From Mobula hypostoma (lineage: Eukaryota): 64,000 nucleotides of DNA. Every line of letters starts with the position of its first letter. Positions within the stretch are counted from its first letter, which is position 1. The stretch covers positions 18,910,001 to 18,974,000 of the forward strand of contig NC_086106.1 of the NCBI RefSeq assembly GCF_963921235.1, written 5' to 3'. The notes under the pieces were generated by a model. It saw only the letters and a list, made by a program, of their open reading frames with translations. It was not told the DNA's origin and did no database searches. Shown here piece by piece: positions 1 to 11,547 of this stretch. A program made the translations under genes and the position numbers.

Positions 1-215
1 AAATTTGCTGCTGCTTTGTCAGAATATTGTGTGTTCAAGCTGCCTTCCAGAGGCTTCTGCACATTGTCCAGGCTGACTATTCCCACACTGGAGCAGAGGG
101 AGAGCTACTCTGCTGGAAATTCAGTCACAACTGAGGCACTAATTGGAGGCTGGGATATTGTTCAGAGGCAGAGGGAGAGAACATTTTGAAGACAAGTATC
201 AGGGATCTCCAGAGT

Positions 216-877
216 GCCTGTCCAATGAAATGGTCTGGATTCTCCTCAAGTTATGAAAGCATGATCTTAGATACAATAATTTCTATAGTGAAGCTTTTGG
301 ATTATCTTGGTTGAGAGCAGAGAACAAATCAAAGATTGGCTGATTTTATCACTGAGCCAGATTAAAAAGATTAAGATATTGTCACCAAAGGCAAAGGACA
401 ATCTGGTTTTCAGCTCACTTCTCGATGAGGCGTCACTCGCCTCAGCACTGAACTGACTCTGCAGCTGCGGCCTGCAGCCATTGGCACTCACCTCAGCACT
501 GAGCCTGGCTCCACGGCCGTGGCCTGCAGCCATCGGTCTCCTGGACCGGTTGCAGTGCTGAACTGGCAACGTGGCTGTGGATTTACTTCAGGGGGCTCTG
601 CGGTTCAGTTTCTGTGGATTGTTTGTTTGAATTTTTTTTATTATTTGCGCAATTTGGTTTTTTTTCACACATTGGATGTTTGACTCTGTTGTGCTTCTTT
701 GTTCCATGGCTGCCTGCAAGAAGAGAATCTCAAGGTTGTATACGGTGCACATACTTTGATAATAAATGTACTTTGTTCTTTGAACTTTATCAGTTCACTC
801 AAGTTATTAAACCAGGGCTGCACCGTGATTTAGTGTTGACCTTGAATTCAGAGTACAATGTAAACAATTTCTATAAT
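216..877. repeat. Local duplication copy A of 6731-7386 (intron immediately downstream of the second C exon)
   Basis: Colinear with 6731-7386 from TGCCTGTCCA..GAAATGGTCTGGATTCTCC to AAACAATTTC.ATAAT, about 90% identical by eye. Confidence 0.9.
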
Positions 878-1486
878 AAGACCATTAGACATAGGAGCCG
901 AATTGGGCCATTTGCCTCACTGAGTCTGCTCTGCCATTTAACCATGGCTGATCCTTTTTTCCCCTCCTCAGCCCCACTCCAAAGCCTTCTCCCCAGAACC
1001 TCTGATGCCATGTCCAATCAAGGACCTATCAAGCTCTGCCTTAGATATACCCAACGACCTATCTCCCGCAACTGTTGTAATAAATTCCACATATTTACCA
1101 CCGTTTAGCTAAAGAAATTTCTCTACATCTCTTTTTTAAATTGATGCCCCTCTATCCTGAAGCTGTGCCCTCTTGTCCTGGACTCCACCGCCAAGGGAAA
1201 ATTTCATTCCACATCTACTCTCTGTAGGGATTTCAACATTTGAAAGGTTTCAATGAGATCCCTCCCCACGCATCATTTAAAATTTGAATGTGTATTGACT
1301 CAGATCTATCAAATGTTCCTGGTAATGATAACTCTTTCAGTCCCTGCATCATCCTTGCGAACCTCCTCTGAACCAATTCCAGCACACCTTTTCTAAGATG
1401 AGGAGCCCAAAACTGTTTACAATACTCAAGGTGAGGTCTCACCAGTGCCTAATAAAGCATCACATCCCTGTTCTTGTATTCTAGAC
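878..1486 (-). mobile_element. CR1-type LINE 3' fragment
   Basis: ORF 1233-1442 [27 protein letters not shown] is a CR1 RT C-terminal motif; reverse-complemented CR1 tail at 878. Confidence 0.85.
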
Positions 1487-2815
1487 CAGGAGTCCCTAAC
1501 CTTTTTTGTACTACGGACCGGTTTAATGTTGGCAATGTCCTTGCGGACCGGCCGACCCGGAGGGGGGCGGGGGTGTAGAGTTGCCAACGGACAAGAGTAG
1601 CAGTCAAATACGTTGCGTTTACCCAGAGAAAGACTACAATGACCATGAAGCCTTGCACGGGCACCAGTGCGCATGCATGACCTGCCCATGTGTGTACCTG
1701 CCGATTTTTTTCCCTGCAAATCATTTTTGGCGATCCTGCTCGGCGGGGTTGGGGGTGTGGTTGTTAATCACGACCGGAATATAGGTGAGAAGTGGCAAAT
1801 ACACTCAATTTTGTTTGTAAAAGGGTTTACCTAACGAACTTAATATTAAACACAGTGCATATTTTCCTCGCATGAATATAGTGATAAGTCAATTATCAGC
1901 AGAGGACAGGGGAGCTTGAAGTAAGTGTTGAACGAACTTCCAGTAGAATTGGCAGAAGCAGGTTCGATATTATCATTTAAAGAAAAATTGGATAGGTATA
2001 TGGACAGGAAAGGAATGGAGGGTCATGGGCAGAGTGAAGGTCGGTGGGACTCGGTGAGAGTAGTGTTTGGCACGGACTAGAAGGACCGAGATGGCCTGTT
2101 TCTGTGCTGTAATTGTTATATGGTTATATAAGTAAGTCAATAGCATCATAACATTTTAAGTAACGTTTGTACATTAAACACACAGCACATATTTTCCCCA
2201 TGTGAACATATAAAATCATTGCAACACACCAATATTGCTGAATCAGTGGGAGTCCTGGGCTTGTTTCCCCACAACAAGATGGTCCTATCGAGGGGTGATT
2301 AGCAACAGCGATACTCAAAGCAGGTTCCTTATGCCCAGTCTATTCCGCAATTTAGTTTTCGTTGCATTCATTGCAGAAAACTCCGCTTCGCAGAAAAATG
2401 TTGGAAATGGAAGCAACGTTTTCAGTGCTTTTGCGGCTATCTCAGGATGTTTAGCCTTGACTTTGATCCAGAATGTCGGCAGAGATGTTATGTCAAACAT
2501 ACTTTTCAGCCCACCGTCATGTGCAAGGTCGAGGAGTTGATCTCCTTCCCGTGCTGACATGGATGTCGCACGGGTAATGACCTCGCATGTGTAGTGGCTC
2601 AACAGTGGCTGTGACAGGGAATGAGGAAAGATTTCCTCGCAGCCCGGCAGGGAATGAGGAAAGGTGCCGCTGACAGAGAAAGGTGCTGCCCGTGACAGGG
2701 AATGAGGAAAGGTGCAGCTGACTCATATCGCCAAATTATATAGTTTCCTCGCGGCCTGGTAGCAAATGCTTTGCTGCCCGGTACTGGTCCACGGCCCGGT
2801 GGTTGGGGACCTCTA
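1487..2815 (-). mobile_element. Defective hAT (Charlie-like) DNA transposon with transposase C-terminal remnant
   Basis: TIR-like ends CAGGAGTCCCTAACC / GGTTGGGGACC; left flank TTCTAGAC fits the NTCTAGAN Charlie target; ORF 2315-2602 FWIKVKAKHPEIAAKALKTLLPFPTFFCEAEFSAMNATKTKLRNRL resembles the hAT dimerisation domain. Confidence 0.8.
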
Positions 2816-2835
2816 GGGGACTCCATAGTGAGAGG

Positions 2836-3148
2836 TAAATAAATAAAGACATCCGTTAGTCTTGCGAGACCATGGATTTGCGCCTGGAAAGTCTTCACTC
2901 TCCAGGGCACAGGCCTGGGCAAGGTTGTTTGGAAGACCAGCAGTTGCCCATGCTGCAAGTCTCCCCTCTCCACAACACCAATGTTGTCCAAGGGAAGGGC
3001 ATTAGGACCCATACAGCTTGGCACCAGTGTCGTCGCAGAGCAATGTGTGATTAAGCGCCTTGCTCAAGGACACAACATGTTCCCTCGTCTGGGGCTCGAA
3101 CTCACGACCTTCAGGTCGCTAGTCCAATGCCTTAACCACTTGGCCACG
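2836..3148 (-). mobile_element. tRNA-derived SINE
   Basis: Minus strand begins CGTGGCCAAGTGGTTAAGGCATTGGACTAG..GGTCGTGAGTTCGAGCCCC (A/B boxes), followed by a GTGTCCTTGAGCAAGG core and a TTTATTT tail. Confidence 0.75.
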
Positions 3149-6100
3149 TGCCCACACTAGTGAGAGGTACAGATAGGGGTTTCTGCAGCGACAGGCGGGA
3201 TTTAAGGATGGTGTGTTGCCTCCCTGGTGCCAGGATCCAGGACATCACGGACCGACTGCAGGGCATCCTCAAGGGAGAAGGTGATCAGCCGGAGGTGGCG
3301 GTGCATGTCGGCACAAGTGACGTCGGGAAGAAGATGAGAGACATTTTGCAGCGTGACTTCGGAGAACTCGGAAGACGGCTGAAAAGCAGGACCTCCAGGG
3401 TGGTTATCTCGGGTTTGCTTCCAGTTCCTTGTGCTGGTGAGGGCAGAAACAGGGAGATAGTGGATCTGAATGTGTGGCTGAGGAACTGGTGCGGGAGTAA
3501 GGGATTTAGATTCTTGGACCACTGGGATCTGTTTTGGGGTAAGGATGAATTGTACAGAAGGGACGGGTTGCATCTTAACAGACGGGGGACCAGCATTCTG
3601 GCAGGCAGGTTTGCCACTGCCGCACGGGTGTGTTTAAACTAAGTAGTGGGGGGGAGGGGATGAACTGGAAATATAAGAATAGAGTTCAGGGAATCAGAGA
3701 ATAAGAAAAGTTAGGAAAGACAACAGAACGAAAGGCAGAAAGATCAGGAAGGGATCAGAGAGTATGGGCAAGTGGAATAGGAATCGATGTGAAATGTGAG
3801 GGGAGTAAAAGTATTACTTTAAAAGGATTTAAAGTATTATATATGAATGCACGGAGTATAAGAAATAAAGTGGATGAGCTTGAGGCTCAGTTGGAAATTG
3901 GCAAATATGATGTTGTGGGAATAACAGAAACATGGCTGCAAGAGGACCAGGGCTGGGAAATGAATATTCAGGGTTATACATCCTATCGAAAGGACAGACA
4001 GGTTGGCAGAGGGGGTGGGGTGGCTGTGTTGGTGAGGAATGAAATTCAGTCACTTGCGAGGGGGGACATAGAATCAGGAGATGTAGAGTCAGTATGGATA
4101 GAACTGAGAAACTGTAAGGGCAAAAAGACCCTGTTGGGAGTTATCTACAGGCCCCCAAACAGTAGCCTGGACATAGGGTGCAAGCTAAATCAAGAGTTAA
4201 AATTGGCATGTCGCAAAGGTAATTCTACGGTTGTTAATGGGGGATTTCAACATGCAGGTAGACTGGGAAAATCAGGTTCGTACTGGACCCCAAAAAAGGG
4301 TATTTGTGGAATGCCTCAGAGATGGATTCTGAGAGCAGCTTGTATTAGAGGCTACCAGGGAGAAGGCAATTCTGGATTTAGTGTTGTGTAATGAGCCAGA
4401 TTTGATAAGGGAACTCGCGGTAAAGGAGCCATTAGGAGGAATTGACCATAATATGATAAGTTTTAATCTACAGTTTGAGAGGAAGAAGGGAAGATCGGAA
4501 GTGTCAGTATTACAGTTGAACAAAGGGGACTATGGACCCATGAGAGAGGAGCTGGCCAAATTTGACTGGAAAGATACCCTAGCAGGGATAACAGTGGAAT
4601 AACAATGGCAGGTATCTCTGGGAATAATACAGAAGGTGCAGGATCAGTTCATTCCAAAGAGGAGGAAATATTCTAAGGAGAGGAAGGGGCGATCGTGGAT
4701 GACAAGGGAAGTCAAGGACAGTATAAAAATAAAAGAGGGGAAGTATAACATAGCAAGGGTGAGTGGGAAGCCAGAGGATTGGGAGAATTTTAAGGAGCAA
4801 CAGAAGATAACTAAAAAGGCAATACGGGGGGAAAAGATGAGGTACGAAGGTAAGCTAGCCAAGAATATAAAGGAGGATAGAAAAAGCTTCTTTAGGTGTG
4901 TGAAGAGGAAAAAATTAATTAAGACCAAAGTTGGGCCCTTGAAGACAGAAACGGGTGAAATGATCAAGGGGAACAAGGAAATGGCAGAAGAGCTGAACAG
5001 GTACTTTGGATTTGTCTTCACTAGGGCAGACACAAACAATCTCCCTGATGTAATAGTGGCCAGAGGACCTAGGGTAACAGAAGAACTGAAGGAAATTCGC
5101 ATCAGGCACAAAATGGTGTTGGGTAAACTGATGGGACTGAAGGTTGATAAATCCCTAGGGCCTGATGGTCTGCATCCCAGGGTACTTAAGGAGGTGGCTC
5201 TAGAAATCATGGATGCATTGGTAATCATTTTCCAATGTTCTATAGATTCAGGATCAGTTCCTGCAGATTGGAGGGTAGCTAATGTTATCCCACTTTTTAA
5301 GAAAGGAGGGAGAGAGAAAACAGGCAGTTATAGACCAGGTCGTCTGACAGCAGTGGTGGAGAAAATGCTGGAATCAATTATAAAATATGAAATAGCGGCA
5401 CATTTGGATAGCAGTGGCAGGATAGGTCCAAGTCAGCATGGATTTACGAAGGGGAAATCACGCTTGACTAATCTTATGGAATTTTTTGAGAATGGGACTA
5501 TGAAAATGGACATGGGAAAGCCAGTGGATGTAGTGTACCTGGACTCTCAGAAAGTCTTTGATAAGGTCCCACATAGGAGGTTAGTATGCAAAATTAGAGC
5601 AAATAGTATTGGGGGGCAGAGTAATGACATGGTTAGAAAATTGGTTGGCAGACAGGAAACAAAGAGTAGGAATTAATGGGTCCTTTTCAGAATGGCAGGC
5701 AGTGACTAGTGGGGTACCACAAGGCTTGGTGCTGGAACTGCAGCTATTTACAATATGCATTAATGATTTAGATGAAGGGAATAAAAGTAACATTAGCAAA
5801 TTTGCAGATGACACAAAGCTGGGTGGCAGTGTGAAATGTGAGGAAGATGTTATGAGAATGCAGGGTGACTTGGACAGGTTGGGTGAGTGGACAGATGCAT
5901 GACAGATGCAGTTTACTGTGGATAAATGTGAGGTTATCCACTTCAGTGGCGAGAACAGGAAGGCAGATTACTATCTGAATGGTGTCAAGTTAGGAAAAGG
6001 GGAGGTACGGTGAGATCTAGACGTCCTTGTTCATCAGTCACTGAAAGTAAGCGTGCAGGTACAGCAGGCAGTGAAGAAAGCTAATGGCATGTTGGCCTTC

Positions 6101-6730
6101 ATAATAAGGAGAGTTGAGTATAGAAGCAAAGAGGTCCTTCTGCAGTTGCACAGGGCCCTGGTGAGACCACACCTGGAGTATCGTGTAGTGTTTTGGTCTC
6201 CAAATTTGAGGAAGGACATTCTAGCTATTGAGGGAGTGTAGCGTAGGTTCACGAGGTTATTTCCCGGGATGGTGGGGCTGTCATATGTTGAAAGACTGGA
6301 GCAACTGGGGTTGTATACACTGGAATTTAGAAGGATGAGAGTGGATCTGATTGAAACATATAAGATCATTAAGGGATTAGACATGCTAGAGGCAGGAAAC
6401 ATGTTCCCGATGTTGGGGGAGTCCAGAACCAGAGGCCACAGTTTAAGAATAAGGGGTAGACAATTTAGAATGGAGTTGAGGAAAAACTTCTTCACACAGA
6501 GGGTTGTGGTTCTGTGGATTGCTCTGCCTCAGAAGACAGTGGAGGCCAATTCTCTGGATTCTTTCTAGAAAGAGTTAGATAGAGCTCTTAAAGATAGTGG
6601 AGTGAAGGGATATGGGGAGAAGGTAGGAAAAGGGTACTGATTGTAGATGATCAGCCATGATCACAGTGAATGGTGGTTCTGACTTGAAGGGCTGAATGGC
6701 TTACTCCTGCACCTATTGTCTATTGTCTAT
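3149..6730 (+). mobile_element. CR1-type LINE: ORF1 esterase (partial) plus ORF2 endonuclease-RT, disrupted
   Basis: SGNH-like ORF1 (VCCLPGARIQD..VHVGT), APE motif MNARSIRNK..GITETWL, RT motifs SQHGF and KFADDTKLGG, TATTGTC tail; stops and frameshifts present. Confidence 0.95.
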
Positions 6731-7386
6731 TGCCTGTCCAGTGAAATGGTCTGGATTCTCCTCAAGTTATGGAAGCATTATCTCGGATACAATAATTTCT
6801 ATGGTGAAGCTTTTGGATTATGTTGGTTGAGAGCAGAAAACAAATCAAAGATCGGCTGATTTTTATCACCGAGCCAGATTAAAAAGATTAAGATTTTGTC
6901 ACCAAAGGCGAAGGATGATCCTGTTTTCAGCTCACTTCTCGATGAGGCTTCACTCGCCTCAGCACTGAACTGACTCTGCAGCTGCGGCCTGCAGCCATCG
7001 GCACTCACCTCAGCACTGAGCCTGGCTCCACGGCCGTGGCCTGCAGCCATCGGTCTCCTGCACCGGTTGCAGTGCTGAACTGGCAACGTGGCTGTGGATT
7101 TACTTCAGGGGTTCAGTTTCCGTGGATTGTTTGTTTGAATTTTTTTATTGTTTGCACAATCTTTTTTCACACATTAGATGTTTGACTCTGAATTCTATTG
7201 TATTTCTTTGTTTTGTGACTGCCTGGAAGAAGAGAATCTCAAGGTTGTATATGGTGCTCATAGTTTGGTAATAAATGTACTTTGTACTCTGAACTTTATC
7301 AGTTCACTCACATAACTAAACCAGGGCTGCACCATGATTCAGTGTTTACCTTGAATTCATAGCACAAAGTAAACAATTTCAATAAT
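6731..7386. repeat. Local duplication copy B (see 216-877)
   Basis: Direct repeat of 216-877; ends 22 bp before the C-exon splice donor. Confidence 0.9.
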
Positions 7387-7408
7387 GGGCTGAGTCCCAG
7401 GACCCTAC

Positions 7409-7726
7409 CTTGAACGTTCTTCACTTGCTTCTTGATATGGGTGTTGGAGGGGGGATGAGTCACTGTACAGCTGAAGACTGATTCTGTCTTCCAATCCTGT
7501 AAACTCACGGTCAGGAAGTGTCTGACATTGAAAGTCCTCCCCTGCTCCAGAGCGGTCAGTGTAGCGCTGGTGCCAGAGGTGATCACAGTGCTGCCTTTCT
7601 TCCAGATGACATTTATTTGGTTCGGGTAGAATCCAGACACCACACACTCCAGTGTGACCGCCTTCCTATTCTTGATCTCTTCCTGAGGTGGAAGCAGCAG
7701 ACTGACCTTAGGACTTTTTATTTCGA
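7409..7726 (-). CDS. Ig heavy-chain constant exon (C1-set), IgNAR C3 / IgW CH4-like
   Basis: 318 nt; pyrimidine-rich TTCCAG acceptor and G|GTAGGG donor, both phase 1; VEIKSPKVSLLLPPQEEI..TLECVVSGFYPNQINVIWKK..FSCTVTHPPS has canonical C, W and C. Confidence 0.93.
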
Positions 7727-7814
7727 CTGGAATAGACAAGAAAACAAAAGAAATATCAAACATTTTGACTCAAGTAACTATTGCCGGCTATTTAATCGCT
7801 GGTCTGTTACCCAC

Positions 7815-8117
7815 CTTTGGTGCCTTTAGTTCGTGCTGACACTCGGGAAGATGAAGGAGATTCCTGAGCAGAGCACTCGTACTCCACCCCACTGAACCAC
7901 TCCTCCAGACTGATCCGGATTTCGCTGAGCACTCTGTATCGGGTCCCATCCCTCTGTGGTTGATGTTTGACAGTTCCTGCATTTTTCACCCTCCTGCCCA
8001 CGTACCAAGAGATGCGTAATTTTCCTGGATCTGTACAGATAACTGTGCACTTCACAGTAGCAGTCTTGTGGATCCACATCTCTTCAATGTAGGGATTTTG
8101 AATAAAGACGTACAAAT
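7815..8117 (-). CDS. Ig heavy-chain constant exon (C1-set), IgNAR C2 / IgW CH3-like
   Basis: 303 nt; CCACAG acceptor and G|GTGGGT donor, phase 1; (D)LYVFIQNPYIEEMWIHKTATVKCTV..ISWYV..EEWFSGVEYECSAQ resembles IgNAR C2 (DPTVEEIWIDKSATLIC..EEWQSGVEYTCSA, recalled); 88-bp intron to the next exon. Confidence 0.92.
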
Positions 8118-9099
8118 CTGTGGATTAGAATTAGAAATCTTCAAAATCTTACTGGAGATATTTCTATTGGTTGTGTTAGGTCAAAACAGATCATCAGTAC
8201 ACAACAGCTGTATTTATTGCAAACAGAATAACAGAAAGACCCAAGGCTGAATCACGCATCTCATATTCCTATAAGTTTTGATTCAGAAAAGCAAATCAGA
8301 ACAAAGGATGTGCTAACTAGGTTTAGAATCCCCTTCTAATAACTGTACCAACTGGTGCACTGTGAGACGGAGCTCTGTGAGACAGAGAAGCATGCAGATT
8401 TCTCAGCAGAGACACAGCTCAGTATATTCTTTGCTTGGAGACTCGGTGCCATTGATTAGTAACAATGAACACTGTGAATCAATGAGAATCCCTTTCTCCA
8501 TCTGGGCTGAGCCTGGGATTCTCTCAGTTTAATAACTTCACATCCCGACATTCCAGTCTCACTGTGGCTGCACCTCTCCTCATCTCTGCAACCTTCACCA
8601 CCCACACGAGCTTCAGACAACATTGTATCCTTTCAACTCTGCTCACTCATACACCTGCACTACTTCTGCTGGTGCCTGTGGTTTTAGCATTCTTGCTGAC
8701 AAACACTGAAACCTCTGTCTCACTTGAAATGAGCAGCCATGGTCAGAGTGTATCCATAAGTTAGGGACTGATGAACTGGCAACATGGGTTCAAATCCTAA
8801 CCTGGTGTTTGGGAGATTAACTTCAATTCATCAGTGCTTTTTGGAATAAACAGAAGACTATGGAAGTATTGGCAAATTATTCTTTGTTGAACCTTCTAGC
8901 AGCAACAGGGATTGAACGTTAATCACCATCAGGAATGAGGCAGAAAGTCCCTCAGTTCTAGAGCAATCAGTGATTTTTAGGAAATGATAAGTGTATAAGA
9001 CAGCTCTTTGATCAATTTTTGGGTCACCTGGCCTTTGGGTTAATGTCAGGTTTGTGTGATTGCACTCAAGTGAAGTTATTGAGGCCACCTCCCAATGCA

Positions 9100-10829
9100 C
9101 TATCATGAGATAGCAGAGGTAGTTAATGCATACTTTGCTTCAGTATTCACTACAGAAAAGGATCTTGACGATTGTAGGGATGACTTGAAGTGGACTGAAA
9201 AGCTTGAGCATGTAGGTATTAAGGAAGAGGATGTGCTGGAGCTTTTGGAAAGCATCAAGCTGGATAAGTCACCGGTACCGGATGGGATGTACCCTGGGCT
9301 ACTGTGGGAAGAGAGGGAGGAGATTGCTGAGCCTCTGGCGATGATCTTTGAATCGCCAATGAGGACGGGAGAGGTCCGGAGGATTGGAGGGTTGCATGTT
9401 GTTCTCTTATTCAAGAAAGGAAGTAGGGATAGCCCAGGAAATTATAGACCAGTGAGTCTTACTTCAGTGGTTGGTAAGTTGATGAAGAAGATCCTGAGAA
9501 GCAGGATTCATGAACATTTGGAGAGGCATAATATGATTAGGAATAGTCAGCTTGGCTTTGTCAAAGGCAGGTCATGCGTTATGAGCCTGACTGAATTTTT
9601 TGAGGATGTGACTGAACACATTGATGAGGGTAGAGCCATAGATGTAGTGTATATGGATTTTAGCAAGGCATTTGATAAGGTACCCCATGTAAGGCTTATT
9701 GAGAAAGTAAGGAGGAATGGGATCCAAGGGGACATTGCTTTGTGGATCTAGAACTGGCTTGCCCACAGAAGGCAAAGAGTGGTTGTAGATGAGTCATATT
9801 ATGCATGGAGGTTGGTCACCAGTGGTGTACCTCTGGGATCTGTTCTGGGCCCCTACTCTTTTATGATTTTTATAAATGACCTGGATGAGGAAGTGGAGGG
9901 ATGGGTTAGTGAATTTGCTGATGACACAAAGGTTGGGGGCCTTGTGGATAGTGTAGTGGGCTGTCAGAGGTTACAGCGGGACATTGATAGGATACAAAAC
10001 TGGGCTGAGAAGTGGCAGATTGAGTTCAACCCGGATAAGTGTGAGGTGGTTAATTTTGGTAGGTCAGATATGATGGCAGAATATAGCATTAATGGCAAGA
10101 CTCTTGGCAGTGTGGAGGATCAGAGGAATCTTGGGGTCCTCGTCCATAGCACACTCAAAGCTGCTATGCAGGTTGACTCTGTGGTTAAGAAAGAATACGG
10201 TGTACAGTATTGGCCTTCATCAATCGTGGGATTACGTTTAAGAGCCAAGAGGTAATGTTGCAGCTATATAGGACCCTAGTCAGATACTACTTGGAGTACT
10301 GTGCTCAGTACTGGTCGCCTCACTACAGGAAGGATGTGGAAACCATAGAAAGGGTGCAGAGGAGATTTAAAAGGATGTTGCCTGGATTGAAGAGCGTGCC
10401 TTATGAGAATAGGTTGAGTGAATTCGGCCTTTTCTCCTTGGAGCAACGGAGTATGAGAGGTGACCTGATAGAGGTATACAAGATAATGAGAGGCATTAAT
10501 TGTGTGGATAGTCAAAGGCTTTTTCCCAGGGCTGAAATGGCTAGCACGAGAGGGCATAGTTATAAGGTGCTTGCAAGCAGGTTCAAAGGAGATGTCAGGG
10601 GTACATTTTTTTTTTACGTAGAGAGTGGTGAGTGCGTGGAATGGGCTGCCGGTGGCAGTGGTGGAGGTGGAAATGATAGGGTCTTTTAAGAGACTCCTGG
10701 ATGGATGCATGGAGCTTTGAAAAATAGAGGGCTGTGGGTAAACCTAGGTAGTTCTATGGTAAAGACATGTTTGGCACAACTTTGTGGGCCGAAAAGCCTG
10801 TATTGTGCTGTAGGTTTTCTATGTTCTAT
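9100..10829 (+). mobile_element. 5'-truncated CR1 LINE
   Basis: ORFs 9095-10689 with [27 protein letters not shown] and FADDTKVGG; TTCTATG tail. Confidence 0.95.
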
Positions 10830-11547
10830 CATCAGTTCACTTATATTGCAGCTCTCTGCACTTTGTGTACACCATTTACACACTCGGTCACCTTCAGGCA
10901 TGTGGGGTGTTTTTGCTCTTTGACATTTAGTGTGGAGGCTGTTTGTGTTTGTGTCATGGCTGAGACCTTCAATGAGACTGTGAGTCAGTGTCTTTGTCTG
11001 AAGAAAGAGCAGACATAACACACACGGTTCCAGTCTAACTGGGACAGATCATCTGATGCGCATTTCTTAACCTTCCCCACTTCAGTAAGATTATGAGCAA
11101 TTTTCTTTTAAAATAGAAAGACCCTGAAGAAGTCTAGATGACCATTGTTTTTGTGTAATATCATAAATATGCAAACCTAGGTGTACAATGGAGGGTCACT
11201 GAATTGTGAATCTTAGTTTAATCAGCACTGTGATGTTGTGAAACATGTTTTCTGCAGGTTTCCCAGTTATGTCTCATCTCAGCATGGTCTTGATGTTCAG
11301 CAGTCCCTGGGAAATGCGATCCCCACATAAAATCTGACAGAGTCAGGATCGCTCCCCTTGTTTCTGAATGCTGGTGTTATTCCACAAGAAGCATATAATT
11401 CTGTCAATGTGTGGGTAATTCTACCAAAATATTCTCTGCTGTGACATTCCTTGGGATCACTGAGTTTCCCTCTTGGCCAAGGAAACTGGAATTGGGATCT
11501 GAGTCACACTGAAGCAACAATGTACACAAATGAATGAGTGTATGGAC

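Noticed and set aside
267-569. 100-aa ORF and its paralog at 6799-7086
   Set aside because: Lies in a duplicated interspersed repeat and has no recognisable domain
8358-8566. Three CACTGTG heptamers upstream of the C exon
   Set aside because: No nonamer found at 12 bp for the sites checked and no adjacent J- or D-like sequence
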